DNA from: Acidimicrobiia bacterium | GTDB lineage: Bacteria; Actinomycetota; Acidimicrobiia; Spongiisociales; JAHEDJ01 | Direction: 5' to 3' | Length of the DNA: 60,325 nucleotides | Assembly (NCBI GenBank): GCA_029210695.1 | Contig: JARGFH010000021.1 | Span: forward strand, 1-60,325 | Shown here: piece by piece, positions 1 to 9,721 of the stretch | Layout: the number at the start of each line of letters is the position of its first letter | How positions within the stretch are numbered: the stretch's first letter is position 1 | Program-made: the position numbers and the translations under genes | The notes under the pieces: model-generated | Database searches by the model: none | Told to the model about the DNA's origin: nothing | The model's input: the letters and a program-made list of their open reading frames with translations, nothing else

Positions 1-448
1 CAACCCGCCCCGGACCCGACCATGAATTGGGTTAGGAACCCGGCGACCTATATCAAAGAGTCAGATACACCTCACTCGTGACTCTTTGTTGGTTTCATCA
101 TCATGTGGTCATCCACCAAATGGGATACCGGGTCAAACCTGGTTCACCGCCTGGACGGTTGCGCTTTCAACCCGCCACCGGCACCGACCCACCCTGACCC
201 GAACAGCACCTTCAAATCTCGCGCCATTCGACAAACCCCCGCCCAGCACGAACTCGCCGTATCCGCGGCCGCGTTCCTGTACCCCTGAGCAGCCGGCAAG
301 CTCATGAGCCCAGGATTGACGGAACCTGAACCTTCTTTGTTGCCGATCTGGGCTGTGGTAGCGGCTCCCTCTCGGTCCTGGTGGCGGAAGCCGGTCTTGA
401 CCCGGTCGGGTTTGACGCAGCACCGTGTCGGCCAAGGGCAGGACACCA

Positions 449-476
449 TTGACTCACGACGGGCCGGGCCTATCGT
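449..476 (+). promoter_or_regulatory. sigmaA-type promoter for a leaderless DUF2975 gene
   Basis: TTGACT(449-454), 16-nt spacer, TATCGT(471-476); ATG 6 nt later at 483 with no SD. Confidence 0.55.
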
Positions 477-482
477 GAGCGC

Positions 483-977
483 ATGATCCGTGAAACCAGG
501 CTCCTCCGGCTCCTGCTTGTGCTCATCCTTGTCGTCTTTGCTCTGGCCGGCGGGCTGCTCTACCTCTTCAGCCTGGAGTCCGCCCAGGACTGGCCCGAGC
601 TCGCCCACCTCCGGGTGCCCCTCTACGTCGCCGTTCTCATCGGATTCGTCCCGGTGGTCGTCGCGATCGCGGTGGTATTCGACTTCCTCAAGGTGATCGA
701 CCAGGGTGAGGCGTTCTCGGTCCGCGCCGTGCAGATCCTGCAGCGGCTCAGGTTGCTCATCGGCGTCTTCGCCGGCTATCTGGTGCTCTTCCTCGTCGGC
801 GCCTGGGCCGCCATGCAGCTCATGCACCCGACGCTGCTGTTCTTGTGGGTCGCGGTCGAAGTGGCGGCTTTGTTCCTGTTCACCCTGGTCGCGCTGCTCG
901 AGCGGATCTTCTCGGTCTCCCCGGAGCTGCGCACTGCTGCGCTCGGCTCCTGTGCTCAGGTCAACCACCGCACGTGA
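483..977 (+). CDS. DUF2975-family membrane protein
   Basis: Four hydrophobic segments and the family-like loop IDQGEAFSVRAVQILQRLR. Confidence 0.7.
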   Translation: MIRETRLLRLLLVLILVVFALAGGLLYLFSLESAQDWPELAHLRVPLYVAVLIGFVPVVVAIAVVFDFLKVIDQGEAFSVRAVQILQRLRLLIGVFAGYLVLFLVGAWAAMQLMHPTLLFLWVAVEVAALFLFTLVALLERIFSVSPELRTAALGSCAQVNHRT

Positions 978-1358
978 CGTCGGTCGTCGGCGTATTCGTG
1001 GGGTTCTTGTCTCCCGCCCCCGGTTGAGGGGGCCGGCTGGCAGTCGTTGTGGGCCTTGAGGGGTACGATCGCTCGGCACTCTCGGCACCGGCGCCAGTTC
1101 TCGGGTTGGTGCGTTCGACTATCCGCCGGAAGATCAAGCACAGCGTTGAGAGCGGGGAAGATGGCGGCTTGTGCGAGATCCCGCGGCTGGGGGAGGTATT
1201 AGAATCGGAATGTTCCTCAACCTGGAATCCACACGACTCGCTGGTCCGACGATACGGCACAGGATCGGTGTTCGAACCGGTCGCCACTTGCGGTCGGCGA
1301 TAATCTTGTGGATGAATCAACCATCCGCCCGGCGGGTGCAGACAGAATGGAAAAAGCC

Positions 1359-1622
1359 ATGGGTTTCATCGCGTTCCTTATCCTCGGTCTCATCGCCGGA
1401 GCCATCGCCAAACAGATCCTGCCCGGCGCGCAGGGTGGCGGCTTGTTCATGACGATGCTCCTCGGCGTCGTTGGCGCACTGCTGGGCGGCTGGCTGGGTG
1501 GTGTTCTCTTCGACGTTGACCTGGGCGGTTTCTTCGAGATTCGCACGTGGCTGATCGCAATCGTTGGGTCGATCGTCGTGCTGGTGATCTACGGTTTCTT
1601 CACTGGGAGCCGGCGGGCCTGA
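1359..1622 (+). CDS. GlsB/YeaQ/YmgE (transglycosylase-associated) membrane protein
   Basis: GLIAGAIAKQILPG...LGVVGALLGGWLG...WLIAIVGSIVVL pattern. Confidence 0.9.
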   Translation: MGFIAFLILGLIAGAIAKQILPGAQGGGLFMTMLLGVVGALLGGWLGGVLFDVDLGGFFEIRTWLIAIVGSIVVLVIYGFFTGSRRA

Positions 1623-1640
1623 CCTGCTTCTCTGATTGAT

Positions 1641-1670
1641 AAGAGAGCCCGGTCCCGGTGGGGCTCTCTT
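1641..1670. terminator. intrinsic terminator-like hairpin between convergent genes
   Basis: Perfect 10-bp inverted repeat AAGAGAGCCC/GGGCTCTCTT. Confidence 0.7.
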
Positions 1671-1771
1671 CTCGACGCCAGCGGCGTACTCACACCGAGT
1701 CAGTCGAAGCTCCAAACGGCCATTGCATCGAACGGGAGGGGTCGAGGTCGGCTTCGGCCAACCTGGTGTTT

Positions 1772-2206
1772 CTAGCCGTCGGGTGTGACCACGACGGCCA
1801 CTCCGGCGAGCCGGCGCAACTCCTCAGCGAATTGCTCAACCCCGCTTCCGGCGAGTGCCGCGTCGGCGGCCGGGCGCGGGAGGCCGATGAGGATCGAGCC
1901 TGCCGCCACCTCCGTGGCGTATGCGGCGATGGTTTCGGCGAGCGGGCCGACCCGGATCGTCACGGTGAATCGGACATCATCCAGGCCGGCGTGGGCGGCC
2001 GTGGCCTTCGCCATCGCCAGGTCACGCCAGGCCATCTCAGCCCGAATGGCATGTTGCTCGCCTTCATGAAGCGGCTCGTAGGCAACCGGATCGACGATCG
2101 ACAAGAAGTGAACGACCCCCCCGAGGTCGGCTGCATGGTGGAGCGCGGCCAGGTGCGTCCGGTAGCTGCCGGGGCCTCCCCTGATCGCGCACACGACATC
2201 AACCAT
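1772..2206 (-). CDS. universal stress protein (USP)-like protein
   Basis: MVDVVCAIRGG start; G-P-L-A-E-T-I...ILIG...VAVVVV USP-like fold; overlaps the antiporter stop. Confidence 0.7.
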   Translation of the reverse strand: MVDVVCAIRGGPGSYRTHLAALHHAADLGGVVHFLSIVDPVAYEPLHEGEQHAIRAEMAWRDLAMAKATAAHAGLDDVRFTVTIRVGPLAETIAAYATEVAAGSILIGLPRPAADAALAGSGVEQFAEELRRLAGVAVVVTPDG

Positions 2207-3887
2207 CGTCTGCCACCTCCTCCGGCGGCATCTGAGGAATGTCGCCCTGTCGAGCGTCTCCCTCGATGAACTCCAAGGCGGCGAGATGGTCGTTGAGGTC
2301 GGCCGTAAGCTCGTGCAGCACATCCTCGGCGATCAGTCCGCGCCGGGCTGCGTCCTGAAGGGCGCTGCGCTCAGCCCGGAGTGTGTCGGTTCGCGCTCGG
2401 ATGTATATGTCGGTTTCTAGCTCCGGGTGGCGGCGTAGGTGTTCGCGGAGCGCATCTCCATCTCGAATCAGCTCACCTTTGTACAGGTCGGCCATCGCTT
2501 CGTATAGGTCGGGGAACAGGACTCCCTGGTCGTGGAGCCGCTCCAGTTCGCCCAACCCGGCTTGCTGAGCGTAGATTCTTGCCTGGCGGCGCTGCTGCTC
2601 GACTCGTTCGACCGGCCTGGCCGCCAGACCGAGCCGCTTGATGAGACGCTCGATCGTGAGACCCTGCACCAGCAGGGTGAACAGCACGACTCCGAAGGTC
2701 ATCACCTGGAGCGTGGACACTACGTCCTCCCCGAGCCGATCCTTCTCGCCTCCCAGGCTGAGTGCAAGTGCGAGAGATATTGCCCCGCGCAAGCCACCCC
2801 AGAACATGACGTGCTGGTATCGACGCGGAACCTTCCGATCCGGCTGGACCATGCCGTGCAAGGATCCGAGACCGTACACCACAACGAGCCTCGTGACCTG
2901 AATGGCCGCCAGCGCTACGAGTACGGCTCCGGCCTGATTCCAGAGTTCGCTGATGTGGATCTGTAAACCAAGAAGCAGAAAGACCAGCGAGTTGACGACG
3001 AACGCCGCAAACTCCCAGAAGTTCTCCAGTGTGAGCCGGGTGGTGGGCGATGTGTTGCGCAAGCCGATATTGCCGACCATCAGCCCGGCGGCCACCACGG
3101 CGAGGATGCCGCTGAGGTGAACACGTTCGAGGTCGAAGATGGCGCCGAACTCCTCCGCCAGTAGGTAGGAGCCGAAGGCGAGCGCCACGGTGACGACCGT
3201 TTCGATGAGGTGATCATCGAGATTTTTGAGGATCAGCGACGATACGACGTAGCCGAGGATGAGGCCGATGCCTAGACCCCCGAACGCGTCGATGATGAAC
3301 TCACCGATCGCCGAGCCAAGCGAGAAGGTGGCGCCGGGTCCGGCCGCCGCCAGTGCGAGGATGAACACCACGAAGGCGACGCCGTCGTTGAACAGGCTCT
3401 CTCCCTCGACGAGGATCGTCAGGCGCTTCGGGACTCCGATTGAGCGGAAGAAAGCGATCACGGCTACCGGGTCCGTCGCCGAGATCAAGGCCCCGAACGC
3501 CACAGCCGCCGCCCAGGGCACGCCATCCACGAAACTCGCAATGAATCCCCCCACGACGAACGCCCCGAGCAGCGTGCCGATGAGGGCGAACACGAGGACC
3601 GGCGCCAGGTCACGCCGCAGTCGAGCCCACGAGATATGGAGAGTCGCTTCGAACAGGAGCGGCGGGACCAGAACGGCCAGGATCAGATCGGCACTCACGT
3701 CGATCTGAATGACGTCGGGCGGTAGGAACGCCAGACCCAGCCCGACCACGACCAGCGCAACCGTGTAGGGGAGGCGGACTCTCCGAACGGCTACGGCAAC
3801 GACCGCCGCAACGGTCAGCAGTAGCACGATGCTGACCTCAGAGTTGAGGAGCCCGGGGTCGGCGCCGAAGACCCAGGATTCGGGCAA
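2199..3887 (-). CDS. Na+/H+ antiporter, CPA1 family
   Basis: ATDPVAV, EGESLFNDG and GGLRGAISLAL motifs; about 12 TM segments plus a cytoplasmic tail. Confidence 0.95.
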   Translation of the reverse strand: MPESWVFGADPGLLNSEVSIVLLLTVAAVVAVAVRRVRLPYTVALVVVGLGLAFLPPDVIQIDVSADLILAVLVPPLLFEATLHISWARLRRDLAPVLVFALIGTLLGAFVVGGFIASFVDGVPWAAAVAFGALISATDPVAVIAFFRSIGVPKRLTILVEGESLFNDGVAFVVFILALAAAGPGATFSLGSAIGEFIIDAFGGLGIGLILGYVVSSLILKNLDDHLIETVVTVALAFGSYLLAEEFGAIFDLERVHLSGILAVVAAGLMVGNIGLRNTSPTTRLTLENFWEFAAFVVNSLVFLLLGLQIHISELWNQAGAVLVALAAIQVTRLVVVYGLGSLHGMVQPDRKVPRRYQHVMFWGGLRGAISLALALSLGGEKDRLGEDVVSTLQVMTFGVVLFTLLVQGLTIERLIKRLGLAARPVERVEQQRRQARIYAQQAGLGELERLHDQGVLFPDLYEAMADLYKGELIRDGDALREHLRRHPELETDIYIRARTDTLRAERSALQDAARRGLIAEDVLHELTADLNDHLAALEFIEGDARQGDIPQMPPEEVADDG

Positions 3888-3959
3888 CCGGATTTCAGAC
3901 GGATCGGCCCATTCGACGTGCCAATTGCCCGGGACGGGTGAGGCTGGAGACGTCCGTCC

Positions 3960-4670
3960 CTAGGTCTTCCCATACACGGGGATCATGGCGCCGGAGATGA
4001 CTGCTGATGCAGGCGAGGCAAGGAACTCGATCACGGCTGCGATCTCGTCGGGGGTCGGCCAATCGACGTAGTCGGCGAACGGCAGCGTCTCGCGCGTCGT
4101 GGGCGTGTCAATCACCGAGGGCATTACGGCATTCACGGTGATGTTGGTGTCGTCTAGTTCGGCGGCTGCGGATCGTGCCAGCGCGACGACACCGGCCTTA
4201 GCAACGTTGAAGGCAGCCTGACCTGCCGGAGTGTCCTGGGCGGCTCTACTCCCGATGAACACGAGGCGCCCTGCCTGGGATTTGCGGAGGTAGGGGATAG
4301 CGGCGCGCAAGGTGATGAATGCGGAACGGAGATTGAGGTCGAGCATCCGCTCCCAACGTACGTCGGAAGTCTCTTCGATATCCCGTCCACCCGCCCAGCC
4401 GCCGACCAGGCCGCACACGATGTCGATGGCGCCATAACGTTCCTCGATCTCCTCGAGAAAGGCGGCCATTTCGTCTGGCTGTGACGCGTCGACGCGTCGC
4501 AGCAACAGCTGGTCCTCATCGAGGTCGAGGTTCGTCTCGAACGTGGCCGACTCCTCCGGGCGGACGTATGTGACGGCGAGCCGGTGACCCGTCGCCGCCA
4601 GGCGCCTGGCGAGTGCAGTCCCCAGGCTGCCGGTTCCCCCCGTGAGCACGGCAACACGCTGATCTGACAT
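3960..4670 (-). CDS. SDR family oxidoreductase
   Basis: TGGTGSLG nucleotide motif, NAVMPSVIDT; YxxxK position reads FNVAK. Confidence 0.9.
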   Translation of the reverse strand: MSDQRVAVLTGGTGSLGTALARRLAATGHRLAVTYVRPEESATFETNLDLDEDQLLLRRVDASQPDEMAAFLEEIEERYGAIDIVCGLVGGWAGGRDIEETSDVRWERMLDLNLRSAFITLRAAIPYLRKSQAGRLVFIGSRAAQDTPAGQAAFNVAKAGVVALARSAAAELDDTNITVNAVMPSVIDTPTTRETLPFADYVDWPTPDEIAAVIEFLASPASAVISGAMIPVYGKT

Positions 4671-4745
4671 CAGAACCTCCTTCTCGGCAAGCTTAGGCGG
4701 TCCCTGCTACATTCCAATGAGTCATCACAGTGATCAGGAGGCGAC

Positions 4746-5954
4746 GTGGCCGCTATCAAGATGGAGTCGGTTGGAAAGGTCTATCCGGGTGGGATGCGGG
4801 CTATTCACGATGTTGATCTGGAGATCGGCGACGGTGAGTTCGTTGTCCTGGTAGGTCCCTCAGGTTGTGGGAAGTCAACGCTGTTGCGGATGGTGGCCGG
4901 CCTCGAGGAAATCACTGAGGGCGTAATCACGATTGGGGATCAGGTGGTGAATGATGTGCCACCGAAGGATCGCAATATTGCGATGGTGTTCCAGAACTAC
5001 GCCCTGTATCCGCATATGAGCGTGTTTGACAACATGGCATTTGGCCTCAAGCTGCGCAAGATGCCCAAGGATGAGATCAACCGCCGGGTGGGAGAAGCCG
5101 CCCGGGTGTTGGAGATCACCGAATTCCTGGATCGCAAGCCGAAGGCGCTGTCTGGTGGTCAGCGGCAGCGGGTGGCGATGGGTCGGGCCATTGTGCGCGA
5201 GCCGGCCGCCTTTCTGATGGATGAGCCTCTCTCCAATCTCGACGCGAAGCTTCGTGTGCAGATGCGTTCAGAGTTGGGGATTCTCCATTCCCGGTTGAAG
5301 ACGACGACGTTGTATGTGACCCATGATCAGGTTGAGGCGATGACGATGGGTGACCGGGTTGCGGTACTCAAAGCCATTTCGGGGAAAGAGATTCCGAACC
5401 TGATGCAGGTCGACACGCCCCGCAATCTCTACGACCACCCGAACAACCTGTTCGTGGCCGGATTCATCGGCTCACCTGCGATGAACTTCGTGGCCGGGAC
5501 GGTGGCGGCCGAGGGTGACTCGACCTATGTGACCTGGGCAGATGTCCGGCTGAGGGTCGATCAGGCGACGTTGAAGAGCCGGCCTGGTTTGGCCGACTAC
5601 GCCGGCAAGGAGATTGTGGTCGGTTTGCGCCCCGAGGCATTTGAGGTGAAGGAAGCACTCACCAGCGGATTTGATGATCAGCGGGTAATGCAGATCCATG
5701 TGGATCTGGTGGAGCAGTTGGGATCAGAGGCGTATCTTCACTTCGTGCAAGAGATTGCCCCGGTGATCACGCCCGACATCCAGGAATTGCTGGCCGATCA
5801 GGGTTCGGATGCTTCGGTGCTCGGGAACTCCACCAGCTTCACAGCCCGGGTCAATCCCGACTTCGCCCCGAAGGCGGGCGACCAGGTCGACCTCGTCGTT
5901 GAAACGTCCAAGCTCCACTTCTTCGACAAGGACACCGGCGCCGCCATCTGGTAA
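4746..5954 (+). CDS. carbohydrate ABC transporter ATP-binding protein (MsiK/UgpC-like)
   Basis: [41 protein letters not shown]-terminal TOBE domain. Confidence 0.95.
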   Translation: MAAIKMESVGKVYPGGMRAIHDVDLEIGDGEFVVLVGPSGCGKSTLLRMVAGLEEITEGVITIGDQVVNDVPPKDRNIAMVFQNYALYPHMSVFDNMAFGLKLRKMPKDEINRRVGEAARVLEITEFLDRKPKALSGGQRQRVAMGRAIVREPAAFLMDEPLSNLDAKLRVQMRSELGILHSRLKTTTLYVTHDQVEAMTMGDRVAVLKAISGKEIPNLMQVDTPRNLYDHPNNLFVAGFIGSPAMNFVAGTVAAEGDSTYVTWADVRLRVDQATLKSRPGLADYAGKEIVVGLRPEAFEVKEALTSGFDDQRVMQIHVDLVEQLGSEAYLHFVQEIAPVITPDIQELLADQGSDASVLGNSTSFTARVNPDFAPKAGDQVDLVVETSKLHFFDKDTGAAIW

Positions 5955-5957
5955 CCG

Positions 5958-6716
5958 CTACGGCGACAACACCTTGAACGATTCGGCCGAGGAGAGTCCC
6001 GCCGGTTGGCCCTGTTTGTGCGCCCAGGCGGCGATGCGCTTGGCGAATCTCTCTCGCTTGTCTGCGTCGTCGTGAGCGCCGCCCATCGTGGTTGTCCCCT
6101 GGGATGAGTGCGCCATGAGCGCTTCGATCTTGATGTTGAACGTGTCTGATATGTCGACCCAGTGGTCGGCTTCGTCTGCACTCCAGAGATAGATCCACGA
6201 TGGTCGATGTTTCTCGAGCCCTCCGACCAATTGGCGGGGGAAGAAGAGGTGGTCACGGGCTGCGACCACACCGTCGACGGCGGCCAGGCCCGTGACGCGA
6301 TGGTCGGGGTGCATCTGGTACCGCTGCCAGGGGTCGTGGGTGAGGACTACGTCGGGCCGAACCATCCTGATCCACAGGCAGATCTCCTCGCGCAATGCCA
6401 GCGAGTACTCGAGCTCACCGTCGACGTGCCCGAGCATGATCGGAGCCCCGGCTCCCAGGATGGTGGCCGCCGCCTGTTGTTCGGCGCGCCTCCTATCGAT
6501 CAGAGCCTGGCGGCTCATCTCCGGATCCCAAGCCCCTTTTGATCCATCGGTGACGATCAACATGGTGACCTCACATCCGGCGTTTGCCCATGTTGCGAGA
6601 GTCCCGCCTGCACCGAACTCAGCGTCGTCCGGATGGGCCCCAATCGTCAATGCCCGCCTCGGGACACCGGTGGGTTGGTCCTTGTTTCTGGCTTCTGAAT
6701 AGATGCTGTTTTGCAT
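5958..6716 (-). CDS. PIG-L/LmbE family deacetylase
   Basis: AHPDDAE, HPDH and AHSSQ motifs. Confidence 0.9.
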   Translation of the reverse strand: MQNSIYSEARNKDQPTGVPRRALTIGAHPDDAEFGAGGTLATWANAGCEVTMLIVTDGSKGAWDPEMSRQALIDRRRAEQQAAATILGAGAPIMLGHVDGELEYSLALREEICLWIRMVRPDVVLTHDPWQRYQMHPDHRVTGLAAVDGVVAARDHLFFPRQLVGGLEKHRPSWIYLWSADEADHWVDISDTFNIKIEALMAHSSQGTTTMGGAHDDADKRERFAKRIAAWAHKQGQPAGLSSAESFKVLSP

Positions 6717-6727
6717 GGCCCGCCAGA

Positions 6728-7330
6728 CTACCGACCGTCTGTTCCGGTGAGCCATATACCGAGTGGGTGCCGGATCGCCGCCTGATGGTCAGTTGGATCG
6801 TCGAGGTCGAGAAGGAACCCGAGCCGAGTCAATATCCTGACGGGGAGGTGTCCGGTGGCGGCGAGATGGCGGTGAAACGATCCCGGGCCGTATGAGAACG
6901 CGAAGTTGCTTTCGATCCCACCGATCACACTCGTGCCACCGTCATGTGACGGCGCCAGCACGAAGTCACCTTCAAGCGCGGCAGCCCAGGCAATGCGGAT
7001 GTCGGAGACGGTAATGAGAGGAAGATCCGCATGAATGATCATCCACATCCCACCTCGGGCCGCTGAGACAACCTCACGGGCTGCACCGTTGAGGCCGGAC
7101 CGCTTGCCGATCGGTTCCGCAATGACCGATGCTCCGAGCCGGCCCGCCCACTCCGCTACCTCCTCGTCGGCGGTTACGACGGATGCTTTCCCGAGCGCAT
7201 CGAGGACGGAGGTCACAGTGCGGGTGGCGGTGGCCCGTCCGAGCGCAGCTCGCTGCGTACCGCTGAAGGATGAGGCCAGGCGCGCTTTGGCGAGTCCGAA
7301 TGGTTTGATAGGAACGGCGACGATGTCCAT
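6728..7330 (-). CDS. cofC: 2-phospho-L-lactate/PEP guanylyltransferase (F420 biosynthesis)
   Basis: VPIKPFGLAKARL, HADLP, DGGT, YGPGSFHRH and DLDDPTD motifs. Confidence 0.85.
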   Translation of the reverse strand: MDIVAVPIKPFGLAKARLASSFSGTQRAALGRATATRTVTSVLDALGKASVVTADEEVAEWAGRLGASVIAEPIGKRSGLNGAAREVVSAARGGMWMIIHADLPLITVSDIRIAWAAALEGDFVLAPSHDGGTSVIGGIESNFAFSYGPGSFHRHLAATGHLPVRILTRLGFLLDLDDPTDHQAAIRHPLGIWLTGTDGR

Positions 7331-7488
7331 CGTGGCCGAAGGCTAGATGGGAAGGGACGCCACGTCCGGCCCAGCTCTCGCTTCAGCCGTGGTCCGGGGG
7401 TGCGCTCCGCCGTCGCGTCATACCTCCCCGGGGACTATTCGGGGTGCCTCCGGTGTTGGAGACAGTCGAATCAACGAGAGGAACACCT

Positions 7489-7773
7489 GTGGCACGTGCC
7501 GAGTGGAGCGGGGCAACCCTGGCCGAGAGCGATGAAACCGTTGTGGTTGAGGGAAACCACTATTTCCCTCCTGCGTCCGTGAACACCGAGTATCTCCGAG
7601 CCTCGAACCGGCAAACGACGTGTCCGTGGAAGGGCAAGGCGAGTTACTACGACGTGGTCGTCGGCGGCGAGACCAATGACGGCGCAGCCTGGTACTACCC
7701 CGAACCGAAACCGGCCGCCGCCGAAATCAGTGGCTATGTGGCGTTCTGGAAGGGTATACAGATCGAGGATTGA
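7489..7773 (+). CDS. DUF427 family protein
   Basis: VEGNHYFP, TCPWKGKASYY, AAWYYPEPK; GAGG SD before GTG. Confidence 0.92.
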   Translation: MARAEWSGATLAESDETVVVEGNHYFPPASVNTEYLRASNRQTTCPWKGKASYYDVVVGGETNDGAAWYYPEPKPAAAEISGYVAFWKGIQIED

Positions 7774-7893
7774 TCCGTCTGGCGGCTATCAATCCCTCGA
7801 AGCCGTTCATTCCGGAGCCCGGGACCGATGCTTTCGGTCGAGTTTTCTCTGCGGGGTGGTGGGACCTACGCTTGGCAGCAACCAAGGAGTGCC

Positions 7894-9369
7894 ATGACCA
7901 CGAATGGGGACCCGGCAAAGATCCCGTCGGGGCGTCAAACCAAGATCATCGCCACACTCGGGCCGGCGGTTGAGTCGGCCGCGGCCGTGTCTGCGCTGGT
8001 CACGGCCGGAATGGACGTTGCGCGACTCAATTTTTCCCACGGTGATCATGACGGCCACCGACGTTTTGCCGACTGGGTACGAGCGGCGGCTGTGGAGCAT
8101 GGCCGACCAGTTGCGATACTCCAGGACATCCAGGGTCCGAAGCTGCGGGTGGGACGATTCCCGGGGGGTTCGGTCGAGCTACCGACCGGAAGCGAGGTTC
8201 TGCTGGTGCTGGGCGACGGTCAGGCTGCCCCCGGCACGATCGCCATCGACTACCCGTATCTGCTCGAGGACGTCGAACCAGGAGAGCCGGTTCTGCTGGC
8301 AGATGGTCTCATCAGGCTCGAGGTGCTCAGACGATTGCCGGACGGTCTGCTGGCGGGAGTGCGAGAAGGCGGCGTTCTCGGCGATCACAAAGGGGTTGCC
8401 TTTCCGGACACCAGCCTTCAGGTACCGGCGGTGACGGACAAGGACCGGACCGATCTGGCGTTCGGACGCGAACTCGGAGTCGACTACGTGGCCGCGTCGT
8501 TTGTTCGGTCTGCAGACGACATCGGCCGGGTCGTCGAACTCATCGAACCCGGGACACCGGTGATCGCCAAAATCGAGCTGGCGGCGGCCCTCGCCAATCT
8601 CGACGAGATCCTGAGTGCCGCACAGGGTGCACTCGTGGCACGAGGCGATCTCGGCGTCCAACTCCCATTGCAGCGAATTCCCCTGATTCAGCAGGACATC
8701 CTGCGTCGCGCCAACCGGGCCGGAGTCATCTCCATTACGGCGACCGAGATGCTCGAATCGATGACCGAGTCGCCCAGACCGACGAGGGCGGAGGTAACCG
8801 ATGTGGCCTCAGCGATCATCGGCGGAACAGACGCAGTGATGCTGTCGGCGGAGACGGCCGTTGGCCACTATCCGGTGCGCGCCGTCGAGATGATGGATGC
8901 GATTTGCCGCGAGGTCGAATCTGGACTGCGGGAGTCGGAGGGTGTAATTGATATCGCCTTCTTGGAGAGCAGACCGAATTTCGCCAGTGCTACTGCCAAG
9001 GCGGCGGTCGACACCGCGGCCAACCTCAAACTGAAGACGATCGCCGCCTTCACCGAGTCCGGCAACACCGCGTTGCTGCTCAGCAAATACCGGCCGCATG
9101 GAAGGATCATCGCCTTCTCCCCTGAAGAGGCGACCCGTCGGCGGATGGCCTTGATGTGGGGCGTGACCCCGATCGCCGCCGAACGCCGGGATTCCACGGA
9201 CCTCATGATCGCTCTGGCCGAGAAGTACCTCGAGCGATCGGGCGTATGCGAAGAAGGAGAGGGCGTGGTCGTTGTCGCCGGCATCCCTCCGAATCAACAG
9301 GCGTCGACGAACCTCATGAAGCTGCATGTCGTCGGTGAGCGGCGAAGCCGCCGTCGATCGCAGCGCTAG
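7894..9369 (+). CDS. pyk: pyruvate kinase
   Basis: TKIIATLGP, RLNFSHG, DIQGPKLR, IAKIE, ARGDLG, PTRAEVTD, MLSAET; AAGGAG SD. Confidence 0.97.
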   Translation: MTTNGDPAKIPSGRQTKIIATLGPAVESAAAVSALVTAGMDVARLNFSHGDHDGHRRFADWVRAAAVEHGRPVAILQDIQGPKLRVGRFPGGSVELPTGSEVLLVLGDGQAAPGTIAIDYPYLLEDVEPGEPVLLADGLIRLEVLRRLPDGLLAGVREGGVLGDHKGVAFPDTSLQVPAVTDKDRTDLAFGRELGVDYVAASFVRSADDIGRVVELIEPGTPVIAKIELAAALANLDEILSAAQGALVARGDLGVQLPLQRIPLIQQDILRRANRAGVISITATEMLESMTESPRPTRAEVTDVASAIIGGTDAVMLSAETAVGHYPVRAVEMMDAICREVESGLRESEGVIDIAFLESRPNFASATAKAAVDTAANLKLKTIAAFTESGNTALLLSKYRPHGRIIAFSPEEATRRRMALMWGVTPIAAERRDSTDLMIALAEKYLERSGVCEEGEGVVVVAGIPPNQQASTNLMKLHVVGERRSRRRSQR

Positions 9370-9394
9370 AGTCCCACCGACTGAGGAGTGTTCG

Positions 9395-9688
9395 TTGGGT
9401 CAAAAGATAGAAATCGCCAGCTCTGTGACCATCGGCGACGTCGCCGTGTTCGACACGGATCGCAGCCTGAGCGGCCAGGATGGGGAGCGCTACCGCTCCG
9501 ACGCGGAAGCCGAAGCTCGCTCAACGGTTCCGGCCGGCCTCGCGCGTCGCCTGTTCTCCGCCGACGAAGCCGTGCGGAGCGTGTACGTGACATCGAACAT
9601 CGTGACCATCGAGCGAGACGGCGGCTGGGATGACGCAACCCTCGAGCAGACCGGGGCGTTGATCAGCAACCTCTTCCTCTTCTATTGA
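9395..9688 (+). CDS. NifU/Nfu N-terminal scaffold-like domain protein
   Basis: FDTDRSLSGQ...LARRLF...VRSVYVTSNIVTI...W pattern; GAGGAG SD before TTG. Confidence 0.65.
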   Translation: MGQKIEIASSVTIGDVAVFDTDRSLSGQDGERYRSDAEAEARSTVPAGLARRLFSADEAVRSVYVTSNIVTIERDGGWDDATLEQTGALISNLFLFY

Positions 9689-9721
9689 GGGGCCGGGTGA
9701 AACCGCGAGTTGCCCGGCCGG

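Noticed and set aside
7331..7488. Possible riboswitch or tRNA in intergenic gaps (also 19771-19904 and 28427-28601)
   Set aside because: Only short hairpins; no recognisable aptamer or cloverleaf by eye (Infernal would be decisive)
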